The notes under the pieces: model-generated
Database searches by the model: none
Seen by the model: only the letters and a program-made list of their open reading frames with translations
What the model was told of the DNA's origin: nothing
Shown here: one piece after another, positions 6,342 to 15,447 of the stretch
Numbering within the stretch: position 1 is the first letter of the stretch
How the letters are laid out: each line of letters starts with the position of its first letter
Source of the DNA: Caldimicrobium thiodismutans
GTDB lineage: Bacteria > Desulfobacterota > Thermodesulfobacteria > Thermodesulfobacteriales > Thermodesulfobacteriaceae
Length of the DNA stretch: 32,000 nucleotides
Assembly (NCBI RefSeq): GCF_001548275.1
Contig: NZ_AP014945.1
Coordinates: forward strand, 600,001 to 632,000
Direction of reading: 5' to 3'
Translations under genes and position numbers: made by a program

Positions 6342-7121
6342 GTGTCTAAAATACTTGTCTCAGGAAAAGGAGGAGTGGGAAAAAGTTTCTTTTGTGTAGC
6401 CCTTGCCAAAGCCTTTGAAAGAGAGAATTTCAAGGTGCTTCTTATTGATGCCGATGAGAGCAATCAAAGTCTTTACAGACTTCTTGGTTTTGAAGCGCCC
6501 GTTCTTTCTTATATGGATTATCTTGGAGGAAAGAAGGTCTTTAAAGAGAGACTTCGTAAGGCTTTTCAGAGTGGAACCAAAGAGCCTCAAATTGAGATTT
6601 CAAATGAAAATATTCAGGGGATTTCTGCCCTCCCTAAGGAGATTCTTTTACAGAGAGGAAATATCTTTTTGCTTTCTGTAGGGAAAATAAAAGAGCCTCT
6701 TGAGGGATGTGCCTGTCCTATGGGGGTTCTCGGAAGGGAACTTTTAGAGAGATTTAAACCTCTTCAAGGAGAAGTTGTTATAATTGATACTGAAGCTGGT
6801 CTTGAGCACTTTGGAAGAGGCCTTGAAAAAGGGGTTGATAAAATTATTGCCCTTTCAGAACCCTATCTTGATGCCCTTGAGGTAGCCCAAAAAATTTTAG
6901 AATTTGCCCAGAGTATGGGAAAGCCTGCCTATCTCATTCTAAACAAAGTTCCTGAAGAAATGAAAGAAAACCTCTCTTCTTTCCTTCTTGAATGGGGTCT
7001 TAATCCCCTTTTAATTTTGCCCTGGAAAAAGGAGATCTATCTAAACTCCCTTTATGGAAAAAGCTATGAAGAAGAAAGTATTCTTCTAAAATTACAAAAA
7101 ATTATTCCAGAAATTCTTTAG
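6342..7121 (+). CDS. CooC/MinD-type P-loop NTPase with CxC metal-binding motif (metallochaperone-like)
   Basis: GTG start with a GGGAGGAG RBS. It has the deviant Walker A SGKGGVGKS and IDADESNQ. EGCACPMG (CxC encoded at 6708..6716) resembles the CooC/AcsF nickel-insertion NTPase motif. 259 aa. Confidence 0.7.
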   Translation: MSKILVSGKGGVGKSFFCVALAKAFERENFKVLLIDADESNQSLYRLLGFEAPVLSYMDYLGGKKVFKERLRKAFQSGTKEPQIEISNENIQGISALPKEILLQRGNIFLLSVGKIKEPLEGCACPMGVLGRELLERFKPLQGEVVIIDTEAGLEHFGRGLEKGVDKIIALSEPYLDALEVAQKILEFAQSMGKPAYLILNKVPEEMKENLSSFLLEWGLNPLLILPWKKEIYLNSLYGKSYEEESILLKLQKIIPEIL

Positions 7122-7136
7122 ATTAGGGAGGAATCT

Positions 7137-8237
7137 ATGAGGATAAAAAGGGTTTTTATGGGAATGATGCTTTTTTTCTTTTTTTGGGTTTCTTTAGGTC
7201 TGGCAGAGGAATTTCAAATTATCAAGGATCAATTTGGTAGAGAGGTAAAAATTCCAAAGAAAATAGAAAGAGTTGTTGCTATTAATGGAGCCTTAAGGTA
7301 TGTGGTGTATTTACAGGCTATGGAGAAGGTAGTTGGAGTTGAGGCAGTTGAAAAGAGAGGCCTTATGAAGGGCCTTATAGCTTCAGGGAAACCATACTGG
7401 TCAGCCATAAAAGATAGAGTTAAGGATCTTCCTGAAATTGGAGAGGGAGGACCAGGGAAATATCCTGATGTAGAAAAGTTGTTGAAAGTAAAACCAGATT
7501 TAATCATTGCCCTTGAGCCCGATATGGCAGATTCCCTCATGAAGAATACCGGGATTCCCGTTGTGGTTATTAAACATGCTGGAACAAGTGGCTTTGATGT
7601 TGAAGAAAATAAGGAAACCTTTCTTTTTCTTGGAAGGCTTCTTGGAAAGAGTGAGAGAGCTAAAAGTTTATGTGCCCTTATAGATAGTTATCTTAGTGAC
7701 TTAAAAAAGAGAGGGGGAACTGAACAGAAATTTTCTGTTTATGTGGGAGCAATTTCAGCAAGGGGTCCACATGGAATCACAAGCACCCAAGCAAAGTATC
7801 CACCCTTTAGTTTTCTGGGAATTAAAACTCCTGTAGATACTCTAAAAGAAGAAGGGCATCTTTTCATTGATAAAGAGAGGCTTCTCCTTATGGATCCTGA
7901 TTATATCTTTATTGACACTGGAGGGCTTTCTATTGTTTCAGAGGACTACAAAAAAAATCCCTCTTTTTATGAGGCTTTAAAGGCCATAAAAAATAAAAAG
8001 GTTTATACCCTCTATCCCAGCAATTTTTATAGAACCAATGTGGAAGTAATTTTTGCCAATGCCTATTTTATTGGTAAGGTTCTCTTTCCTGAGAAATTTA
8101 AAGATATTGATCCTCATGTCAAGGCAAGAGAAATAATAAAAAATTTTGTGGGAAAGGATGTCTATGAAGAGCTTAAAAGAAACTATCCAGGCTTTAAACA
8201 GCTCAAATTTGAAGGAGGAAGCCTCATTTTTAACTGA
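7137..8237 (+). CDS. Periplasmic substrate-binding protein of an iron-complex/corrinoid-type (BtuF/FecB-like) ABC importer
   Basis: Signal peptide MRIKRVFMGMMLFFFFWVSLGLA. KIERVVAINGA...KVKPDLIIA is typical of class III binding proteins. It sits upstream of FecCD-type permease and ATPase genes. Confidence 0.8.
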   Translation: MRIKRVFMGMMLFFFFWVSLGLAEEFQIIKDQFGREVKIPKKIERVVAINGALRYVVYLQAMEKVVGVEAVEKRGLMKGLIASGKPYWSAIKDRVKDLPEIGEGGPGKYPDVEKLLKVKPDLIIALEPDMADSLMKNTGIPVVVIKHAGTSGFDVEENKETFLFLGRLLGKSERAKSLCALIDSYLSDLKKRGGTEQKFSVYVGAISARGPHGITSTQAKYPPFSFLGIKTPVDTLKEEGHLFIDKERLLLMDPDYIFIDTGGLSIVSEDYKKNPSFYEALKAIKNKKVYTLYPSNFYRTNVEVIFANAYFIGKVLFPEKFKDIDPHVKAREIIKNFVGKDVYEELKRNYPGFKQLKFEGGSLIFN

Positions 8238-9291
8238 GCCCACTCCTTTAAGCACTTTAAAAGAACTATATAAGAAAACTCTTTTTAAAAAAACCCTTTT
8301 TGGTATTTTCCTTCTCATTTTTCTTTTTTTAGCTGGATGTATCTCTTTATTAGTAGGAAGTGGAGTATTTAATCCCTTTACTCTTTTCTTTTCCCAGGGG
8401 GAGTATTCAGGCCTTATTTTTAAGTTAAGAATGGTAAGAATTGGTTCAGCCATAGTTGCCGGAGCAAGCCTTGGGCTAACAGGGGCAATTATGCAGACTG
8501 TTCTTCGCAATCCCTTAGCTTCACCTTTTACTCTTGGGATCTCCCACGGAGCAGCTTTTGGGGCCTCCTTTGCCATAATTGTCCTTGGAGCAGGAAAATT
8601 TCACGCCTCCATTACTGCAGGCCTCAGTATCTCCTCCTATTTCCTGGTAGTCCTTTTTGCCTTTCTTTTTGCCTTTCTTGGAACCCTCCTTATTCTTTTT
8701 CTCTCCTTTGTTAGGAATCTTAAACCTGAAGCCATTATTCTCTCTGGAGTTGCCTTAGGAAGCCTTTTTACCTCAGCAACCATGATACTTCAATACTTTG
8801 GTGAAGACTTTCAGGTTGCAGCAACTCTCTTCTGGACCTTTGGAGATCTTGGAAAAGCTGGCTTACAGGAGTTAAAAATTATGGGATTTTTCTTCTTAAT
8901 TCTCTTTCCCTTTTGCCTTTTTCTCAGTTGGAAATTGAATGCCCTTCTCTGGGGAGATGAGATAGCTCAAAGCTTAGGAATTGAAGTAAAAAAGTTGCGT
9001 TTAATCAGTCTTTTGATTTCTGCTTTTTTGGTTTCGGTATGCACATCCTTTCTCGGGATAATAGGCTTTATAGGATTAATTTCTCCTCATATAGTGAGAC
9101 TTCTTATTGGGAATGATCATCGCTTTCTCCTTCCTTATTCTGCCTTAACAGGAGCTCTACTTCTTACCCTTTCTGATCTCCTTTCTCGCATAATTCTCTC
9201 TCCCCATACACTTCCTGTTGGAGTCATTACCACCTTCCTTGGAGCACCTCTTTTCTTTATCCTTTTGATAAGAAAAAACCGGAGCTTTTGA
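8164..9291 (+). CDS. FecCD/BtuC-family ABC importer permease
   Basis: Motifs RNPLASPFTLGISHGAAFGA and PVGVITTFLGAPLFFILL, with about 9-10 TM segments. The start is uncertain. The track gives 8146; I prefer ATG 8164, preceded by GAAAGGA at good spacing. Either start overlaps the binding-protein gene by 74-92 nt. Confidence 0.85.
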   Translation: MKSLKETIQALNSSNLKEEASFLTEPTPLSTLKELYKKTLFKKTLFGIFLLIFLFLAGCISLLVGSGVFNPFTLFFSQGEYSGLIFKLRMVRIGSAIVAGASLGLTGAIMQTVLRNPLASPFTLGISHGAAFGASFAIIVLGAGKFHASITAGLSISSYFLVVLFAFLFAFLGTLLILFLSFVRNLKPEAIILSGVALGSLFTSATMILQYFGEDFQVAATLFWTFGDLGKAGLQELKIMGFFFLILFPFCLFLSWKLNALLWGDEIAQSLGIEVKKLRLISLLISAFLVSVCTSFLGIIGFIGLISPHIVRLLIGNDHRFLLPYSALTGALLLTLSDLLSRIILSPHTLPVGVITTFLGAPLFFILLIRKNRSF

Positions 9292-9295
9292 AGAA

Positions 9296-10051
9296 GTGAT
9301 AGAGGTTAAAAATTTAAGGGTTTTTTTGAAAAAAAGGGAGATTCTTAAGAATTTAAGTTGTTTCTTTCAGAATAACAGGCTCTATGCCCTTCTTGGACCA
9401 AATGGTGCAGGAAAAACTACTTTTTTAAAAACCCTTTGCGGAATTCAATCCTACAGAGAGGGCGAAATTCTAATTATGGGAAGGTCCCTGAAAACCCTTT
9501 CTTCCACAGAGCGAGCAAAAATTATGGCTTACCTTCCTCAAAGACTAAATCTACCTCCCAATTTCTCTGTGTTTGAATCAATTCTTCTTGGAAGGATACC
9601 CCACTTCTTCTTTGAACCCAAAGAGGAGGATTTAAATAAAGTTGAAGAAGTTATAGAGCTTTTAAACATTAATGATTTTGTAAAAAGAAGTGTTAGAGAA
9701 CTTAGCGGAGGAGAATTTCAAAAGGTCTTAATTGGAAGAGCCCTTGCCCAGGAACCCAAAATCCTCCTTCTTGACGAACCAGTAAATCATTTAGATCCAA
9801 AAAATCAAATAGAAATCATGGAACTATTACAAAAAATAATATCTATTAAAAATATACTTGTTATAATGGTGCTTCACGATCTCAATCTTGCTTTAAGATT
9901 TGCTGATAATTTTCTTTTCCTTAAAGATGGAAAACTCCTTTATGAAGGGGACAGTGAATCTATTGATGAAAACTTATTAAGGGAGACCTTTGAAATCTCG
10001 GGTATCTTTCTTCATATTGAAAATAGGAAATTCTTTCTTATAGCCCCTTAA
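9296..10051 (+). CDS. ABC importer ATPase (FecE/BtuD-like)
   Basis: Walker A GPNGAGKTT, signature LSGGEFQ, Walker B ILLLDEP and H-loop VLHD. GTG start, N-terminus MIEVKNLRV. Confidence 0.85.
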   Translation: MIEVKNLRVFLKKREILKNLSCFFQNNRLYALLGPNGAGKTTFLKTLCGIQSYREGEILIMGRSLKTLSSTERAKIMAYLPQRLNLPPNFSVFESILLGRIPHFFFEPKEEDLNKVEEVIELLNINDFVKRSVRELSGGEFQKVLIGRALAQEPKILLLDEPVNHLDPKNQIEIMELLQKIISIKNILVIMVLHDLNLALRFADNFLFLKDGKLLYEGDSESIDENLLRETFEISGIFLHIENRKFFLIAP

Positions 10052-10119
10052 GTATCCCCTCAAGGTTTCTCCTGAAATAAGGGGGCTTGAAGAGAAGAAA
10101 TGAGTTTATGTTTTTTACC

Positions 10120-10266
10120 ATGCCAGAGAGAAGTAAAGACTGGTTAAATCAAGCTTTAAAAGATTTGGAGCATGCTAAGCTCTCCTTAGAGCATAAAAAT
10201 TATGAATGGGCCTGTTTTGCATCCCATCAAGAAGTAATTGCAAAAGAAACCCTTTGGGTGATATAG
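10120..10266 (+). pseudogene. Truncated HEPN-domain (toxin-antitoxin type) gene remnant, 48 codons
   Basis: Below the ORF-track length cutoff. My translation: MPERSKDWLNQALKDLEHAKLSLEHKNYEWACFASHQEVIAKETLWVI*. It matches the N-terminal helices of HEPN proteins (..DWL.QA..DL..A...L....YEWACF...Q). The C-terminal Rx4-6H region is missing. An alternative ATG lies at 10108. Confidence 0.5.
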
Positions 10267-10291
10267 CCTTCTAAGTCTCCCCATTCTATTT

Positions 10292-10350
10292 CTTGTGAAA
10301 AAAATTTCAAATGCTATTCATTTTAAAATCGTAGCATTAATTTTTATTAA
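10292..10350 (+). promoter_or_regulatory. Conserved 59-nt promoter/operator element, copy B (upstream of the intact TBDT operon)
   Basis: 53/59 identical to 5651..5709. It has TTGTGA (10293..10298) and dyad TGAAA-N4-TTTCA (10296..10309), and ends 35 nt before ATG 10386. Confidence 0.55.
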
Positions 10351-10385
10351 TCTTCAAAAAATAATATCAAAGGTGGGAGGGGAGT

Positions 10386-12689
10386 ATGAAAAAGGGATAT
10401 CTTATAAGTTTTGCAGTTTTAGGATCAATAGCAAATTTGATAGTTGCAGGGCATGGATTTTCTGAGGAGGTTAAGAAAGAGGAAGTAAAGAAGGCTGAAG
10501 AACTGCCTGAGGTTGTGGTTACTGCAACAAGAACAGAAATCCCTGTTGAGGCCTCTCCTGCAAGTGTGAATGTAGTAACCAAGGAGAAAATAGAATTAAA
10601 AAAGCCAAAGACTATTGATGAGGCCTTAAATGATATTTCTGGGGTGATGATAAGGAGAGGAAAGGGTCTTATGGATACCTTAGCTTCCATTCAACTTAGA
10701 GGGTTTGGGGAACAAAAACGCTCTCTTATCTTGTTAGATGGGATCCCCTTAAATAATGCCTATACAGGAGGAGTTAAGTTAGGTGGTTTTTTCCCGGAGG
10801 ATTTAGAAAGGGTTGAGGTAGTAAAAGGGCCCTTTTCTTCTCTCTGGGGTGGCTATGCTATGGGAGGGGTTGTTAATTTTCTTACTAAAATGCCTGAAAA
10901 AAGAGAAATTACCATTAAAGCTGGATATGGCTCCTCCTTTGATAGAGGAGATGCTATGGATGATTTAAAAAGGGTATATGTAAGTTATGGAGATAAAATG
11001 GGAAAATTTAGCTTCTTTTTAAGTTATGGAAGGCATGATACCAACGGATATCCTACAGATTTTAATATTAGACCAGGGGGAGAATATAAAAGTATTGACC
11101 CGCCACCGAATTATCTTTCTGGATGGCGTATAACTCAAGATAGATATGGTAATCTTCAGTATTTAATTGGGGACAAAGGTGATAATAGATGGTGGGATGA
11201 TGGTATAACTATCAAGGCTCAATATGAGTTTGATAAAAATACAAGACTTAGGCTAACTTATCTTAGAAATCGCTATGAATATAATTATGATGAACCTCAT
11301 ACTTATTTAAGAGATGCTTCCGGAAATCTAGTTTTTAATGATGACACATGGAAATATACCACCATTGATAATAGAAAATTTAAGATGGTTTCTGAATATA
11401 CTTATCTTCCTGGCGCAGGTGGAAGGGTTCAGAACATCTGGGGTGCCCTTTTTGAAACAGAATTATTCAAAAAACTTAAAACCAAGTTAAATCTCTCTTA
11501 CACAACTGCTGAAAAGGATTGGTATGTATCTGTAGGAGGTGGCGCAAGGATTGAAGGGTGCCCTCCTGGAACTGCTCCTGAACAGTGTGGTTATGTCACT
11601 AATACTCCTCAAAAAGCCTTTCAGGGAGACCTTCAGTTTAGTGTGCCAATTTTTAATAATCAAATTCTTACCTTTGGTTCTGCTTATAGATGGGAGTATG
11701 CAGACACTAAAGAGAAATACTTAAAAAACTGGAAGGATGAAACCTCAACAGTAAAACTTAAGTATCAATCCAAAGGAAAAACAAGAACCTGGTCAGTTTT
11801 TGCTCAAGATGAAATTATGTTAACAGAAAAAATAACTGCCTATCTTGGGGTAAGATATGATAACTGGAAGACCTATGATGGTTATGTGAATCAAGTTGGA
11901 ACGCCAGGTTATCCCAAGGAGTATCCTTCAAACACTGAAGAGTCCTTCTCTCCAAAGGTTTCTCTTGTTTATAAGCCCTTTGAAGGAACCCTTTTAAGAG
12001 GGTCCATAGGAAAGGCCTTTAGACCTCCAACAGTTTATGAACTTTATAGAACCTGGACTACCTCAAGGGGTATCACCTATGCGGGAAATCCAAATCTTAA
12101 GCCTGAAACTACAACTTCCTATGAACTTGGAATAGAGCAAAAACTCTGGAAGGGTGCCAAATTAAGTTTTACCTATTTTTATAATGATATGGAAGACCTT
12201 ATTTACAGAAAAACAGTTAATGCAACTTATCAGGAATTAATCAATGTTGGGTCTGCAATGTCACAGGGATTTGAAGCAGGCCTTGAACAGAAATTTGATT
12301 TTGGATTAAGGCTCTTTGTCAATCTTACTTATACAGACTCAGAAATTAAAGAAAACAAAGTAAAACCTCAAACTGAAGGGAAAAGGCTTACTTATCTCCC
12401 CCTTTGGATGGGAAATATTGGTGCTGAGTTTAAAAGAGGTAAATGGTCTTTCTATGTAGTGGGAAGGTATAGAGATAAATGGTATATGGATGACGAAAAT
12501 AAAGACAAAAAATCAAGGGTTTATGGCTCTTATGATGAATACTTTGTAGTTGATGTAAGAGCAAGTTATCAGGTAAATAAATGGATAAATTTCTCTATTT
12601 CAGGAGATAATATTTTTGATAGAGATTATTATTATTACTACAAAGCACCAGGTGCATCATGGTTTGCAGAACTTACTTTAAAATTCTAA
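10386..12689 (+). CDS. TonB-dependent outer-membrane receptor (intact, 767 aa)
   Basis: Signal peptide, TonB-box-like ELPEVVVTATR and plug motif VEVVKGPFSSLWGGYAMGGVVNFLTK. Barrel motifs GNPNLKPETTTSYELG are present, and the C-terminus is WFAELTLKF. Confidence 0.92.
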   Translation: MKKGYLISFAVLGSIANLIVAGHGFSEEVKKEEVKKAEELPEVVVTATRTEIPVEASPASVNVVTKEKIELKKPKTIDEALNDISGVMIRRGKGLMDTLASIQLRGFGEQKRSLILLDGIPLNNAYTGGVKLGGFFPEDLERVEVVKGPFSSLWGGYAMGGVVNFLTKMPEKREITIKAGYGSSFDRGDAMDDLKRVYVSYGDKMGKFSFFLSYGRHDTNGYPTDFNIRPGGEYKSIDPPPNYLSGWRITQDRYGNLQYLIGDKGDNRWWDDGITIKAQYEFDKNTRLRLTYLRNRYEYNYDEPHTYLRDASGNLVFNDDTWKYTTIDNRKFKMVSEYTYLPGAGGRVQNIWGALFETELFKKLKTKLNLSYTTAEKDWYVSVGGGARIEGCPPGTAPEQCGYVTNTPQKAFQGDLQFSVPIFNNQILTFGSAYRWEYADTKEKYLKNWKDETSTVKLKYQSKGKTRTWSVFAQDEIMLTEKITAYLGVRYDNWKTYDGYVNQVGTPGYPKEYPSNTEESFSPKVSLVYKPFEGTLLRGSIGKAFRPPTVYELYRTWTTSRGITYAGNPNLKPETTTSYELGIEQKLWKGAKLSFTYFYNDMEDLIYRKTVNATYQELINVGSAMSQGFEAGLEQKFDFGLRLFVNLTYTDSEIKENKVKPQTEGKRLTYLPLWMGNIGAEFKRGKWSFYVVGRYRDKWYMDDENKDKKSRVYGSYDEYFVVDVRASYQVNKWINFSISGDNIFDRDYYYYYKAPGASWFAELTLKF

Positions 12690-13657
12690 TTTTAATTATA
12701 TTTATATTTTGCTTAACTGAAGAAGGTTTTGCTAAAACCTTAAGTGTTACTGATGTTCTTGGGAGGAAAGTAACTGTTAAAGTTCCTGTTAAAAGGGCAG
12801 TTATAGCTATAACTCCTGAGCTTATTCCAGCTCTTGATATTTGGGATCAGGTTGCAGGAGTTTCAGACTGGGCAGAAAAAAGTTGTAGTGTTTATCAGGC
12901 CTTTGTCTTTAGTGGTTTAAAGGTAAGAAAGCCAACTGTTGGAACAGGGTCAAATTTAAATATAGAGGCCATTTTGAAATTAAATCCTGATGTGGTTATT
13001 ACCTGGAGTTACAACACAAAGGTTATAGAGTTTCTTGAATCAAAAGGTGTAAAGGTTATAGCTATCTGGCCCGAAAGTATTGGCGAGCTTTATGAAGTTA
13101 TTAGACTTCATGGGAAGCTCTTTGGAAAGGAAAATCAGGCAGAAAGGGTAATAGCTGAAATGGAGAAAATGCTAAACTTTATAAGTGAAAGAGCTAAACA
13201 AATTCAGACTAATAAGAGAAAGAAAGTTCTCCATCTTGGAGGAAAGCCCACAACTGTTTCTGGGAGAATCGGGATTACCAATGATGTTATAAAACTAATT
13301 GGGGGGATAAATGTAGGAGCCGAAATTCCCTCCAGAAATGCAGATGTCTCAGTTGAGAGGATTATTAATTGGAACCCGGATATAATTTTTATTTGGGGGT
13401 CTGCTGGCTATGATGAAACTTGGATTTATAACAATTCTCAGTGGAAATTTATAAAGGCGGTAAGAGAAAGAAAGGTTTACAAGCTTCCTCATTGGTCAAC
13501 CTGGTCTCCAAGGCTTGCACCCATTGTTCTTTATATGGCAATAAAGACCTATCCTGAAGTTTTTGGTGATGTGAATTTTGAAAAAATGGTTGATGAATTC
13601 TACCAAAAGGTCTTTGGCCTTTCCTTTAAAGAGGTAAGAAAATATGAAAAGTTATAG
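12659..13657 (+). CDS. Periplasmic substrate-binding protein, BtuF/FecB-like
   Basis: Signal peptide (FKILILIIFIFCLTEEGFA). VKRAVIAITPELIPALDIWDQVAGVS and KLNPDVVITW are typical. It overlaps the receptor's 3' end by 31 nt. The start is not independently supported by a strong RBS. Confidence 0.8.
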   Translation: MVCRTYFKILILIIFIFCLTEEGFAKTLSVTDVLGRKVTVKVPVKRAVIAITPELIPALDIWDQVAGVSDWAEKSCSVYQAFVFSGLKVRKPTVGTGSNLNIEAILKLNPDVVITWSYNTKVIEFLESKGVKVIAIWPESIGELYEVIRLHGKLFGKENQAERVIAEMEKMLNFISERAKQIQTNKRKKVLHLGGKPTTVSGRIGITNDVIKLIGGINVGAEIPSRNADVSVERIINWNPDIIFIWGSAGYDETWIYNNSQWKFIKAVRERKVYKLPHWSTWSPRLAPIVLYMAIKTYPEVFGDVNFEKMVDEFYQKVFGLSFKEVRKYEKL

Positions 13658-14645
13658 AGGATTAGTGATTGCTATTTCTCCTATTTTAGTAGGGTGGGTG
13701 GCGTTATTTTTAGGAGCCTATCACATAAGTCCTTTTTTTGTTTTAAAAATTCTTGTCAATGAAATTTTACATATTTATAAAGTTGGAGATATTCCAGAAA
13801 AAACTATTGTCTGGGATATAAGACTTCCAAGGGTTATTATGGCCTTTTTTGTTGGGGCAAGTCTTTCTTCTGCAGGAGTAACCTTACAGGCTATTTTTAG
13901 AAATCCCCTTGTTGACCCCTTTATTCTTGGGATTTCAGCAGGAGCTGCCTTTGGATGTGCCATAACTATAGGTTTTTTAGAAATATTTCCTATTCAGTTT
14001 ATGGCTTTTGTCTTTGCTCTTTTAGCTGTTCTTCTTGCTTATTTTGTTGCAAGGACTCAGGGTGAGATAAGTAGACTTCCCCTTGTTCTTTCTGGAGTTA
14101 TAGTTTCAGCCTTTTTCCAAGCTCTTGTTTCAATTGTTAAATTTATTGTTGATCCTCATAGACTTCAAAGTATTGTTTACTGGCTTATGGGAAGTTTTAG
14201 CCTTTCAGACTGGCAAACTGTGAAATGGGTTCTCCCTGGAATTATTCTTGGAATCTTTCCCCTTTTACTTATGCGCTGGAGGTTAAATGTGCTAAGTATG
14301 GGAGAGGAAGAGGCTAAAATGCTCGGTATCAATGTAGCAAGAGAAAGAGCTCTCTTTATTGTTTTTTCAGCCTTAGCAGTTGCAATAGCCACATCTGCTT
14401 GCGGAATAATTGGCTGGGTTGGGCTTATGGTTCCCCATCTTATAAGAATGATAGTAGGGCCAGACCACAAAGTGCTTTTACCACTTAGTCTGTGTGGAGG
14501 AGGAGCCTTTATGATTGCTGCAGATACTCTCTCAAGAACTATTACAAATTTTGATATTCCTGTAGGAATTATTACGGCTTTAACGGGTGCTCCCTTTTTT
14601 ATCTATCTTATGAAAAGAGGTGGGAAAGAAGCTTGGGGAAAATAA
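13644..14645 (+). CDS. FecCD/BtuC-family ABC importer permease
   Basis: Motifs RNPLVDPFILGISAGAAFG and IPVGIITALTGAPFFIYLM. A GAGGTAAG RBS precedes it, and it overlaps the upstream gene by 14 nt. Confidence 0.88.
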   Translation: MKSYRGLVIAISPILVGWVALFLGAYHISPFFVLKILVNEILHIYKVGDIPEKTIVWDIRLPRVIMAFFVGASLSSAGVTLQAIFRNPLVDPFILGISAGAAFGCAITIGFLEIFPIQFMAFVFALLAVLLAYFVARTQGEISRLPLVLSGVIVSAFFQALVSIVKFIVDPHRLQSIVYWLMGSFSLSDWQTVKWVLPGIILGIFPLLLMRWRLNVLSMGEEEAKMLGINVARERALFIVFSALAVAIATSACGIIGWVGLMVPHLIRMIVGPDHKVLLPLSLCGGGAFMIAADTLSRTITNFDIPVGIITALTGAPFFIYLMKRGGKEAWGK

Positions 14646-14646
14646 A

Positions 14647-15423
14647 ATGCTTGAAGTAAAAAATTTAACCTTTAAACATAAGGGTGAAAATCGGGAAATC
14701 TTAAGGGAGATTATCTTTACTGCAAGCCCTAAGGAAATTATTACTATACTGGGACCTAATGGGGCTGGGAAATCAACCCTTTTTAAATGTATTTCTGGAA
14801 TATGGAATGATTATGAGGGAGAAATTAGATTTCAGGGAGAGAGAGTAGATAAGTTTTCCTTTGAGAGGAGAGCTAAATTTTTTGCCATAGTTCCTCAAGA
14901 GCATGAGCCACCTTTTTCCTATTCAGTATTAGATGTGGTTCTTACAGGAAGAGCAAGTTATATAGGACTTTTTTCAAGCCCAAAAAGGGAGGATTATGAA
15001 AAGGCAGAGGAGGCTTTAGAGCTTGTGGGAATTAAACATCTGAAAGATAAAGCTTATACTAAAATTAGCGGTGGAGAGAGACAGCTTACTCTCATTGCCA
15101 GAGCTCTTGTTCAAGAGGCACCCGTTCTTCTTCTGGATGAACCCACAAGTCACTTAGACTTTAGAAATCAAGTCATAGTTCTAAACACAGTAAAAAAACT
15201 CGCTAAAGAAAAGAATCTCACAGTTATAATGACCCTCCATGATCCCAATCTTGCAAGCCTTTTTTCTGATAAAATTGTAGTTTTAAAAAAAGGAAAAGTA
15301 TTTCACAATGGATGCCCTTCAGAAGTAATTAAAAAAGAAATACTTGAAAAAGTTTATGAAATACCAATAGAAACTTTAAATAATGAAAAATTAACTTTTG
15401 TATATCCAAATTTAGAAATATAA
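14647..15423 (+). CDS. ABC importer ATPase (FecE/BtuD-like)
   Basis: Walker A GPNGAGKST, signature ISGGERQ, Walker B LLLDEP and H-loop TLHD. I prefer ATG 14647 (MLEVKNLTF, with GGGGA upstream) to the track's 14620 start. Confidence 0.88.
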   Translation: MLEVKNLTFKHKGENREILREIIFTASPKEIITILGPNGAGKSTLFKCISGIWNDYEGEIRFQGERVDKFSFERRAKFFAIVPQEHEPPFSYSVLDVVLTGRASYIGLFSSPKREDYEKAEEALELVGIKHLKDKAYTKISGGERQLTLIARALVQEAPVLLLDEPTSHLDFRNQVIVLNTVKKLAKEKNLTVIMTLHDPNLASLFSDKIVVLKKGKVFHNGCPSEVIKKEILEKVYEIPIETLNNEKLTFVYPNLEI

Positions 15424-15447
15424 CATAAAAATGTGGGGGACTAAAAA

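Noticed and set aside
10056-10090. CCCCT...AGGGG pairing after the ABC ATPase gene as a terminator
   Set aside because: The stem is 5 bp with a ~19-nt loop and no T-tract, which is too weak to call.
2605-10385. Cobalamin riboswitches in the leaders of the three TBDT operons (2605..2727, 5560..5734, 10052..10385)
   Set aside because: These are expected for corrinoid uptake genes. However, the leaders downstream of the predicted promoters are only about 25-90 nt, are AT-rich, and contain no B12-box-like GCCACTG core or the GC-rich paired regions of that riboswitch. A covariance-model scan (Rfam cobalamin models) would be the decisive check.
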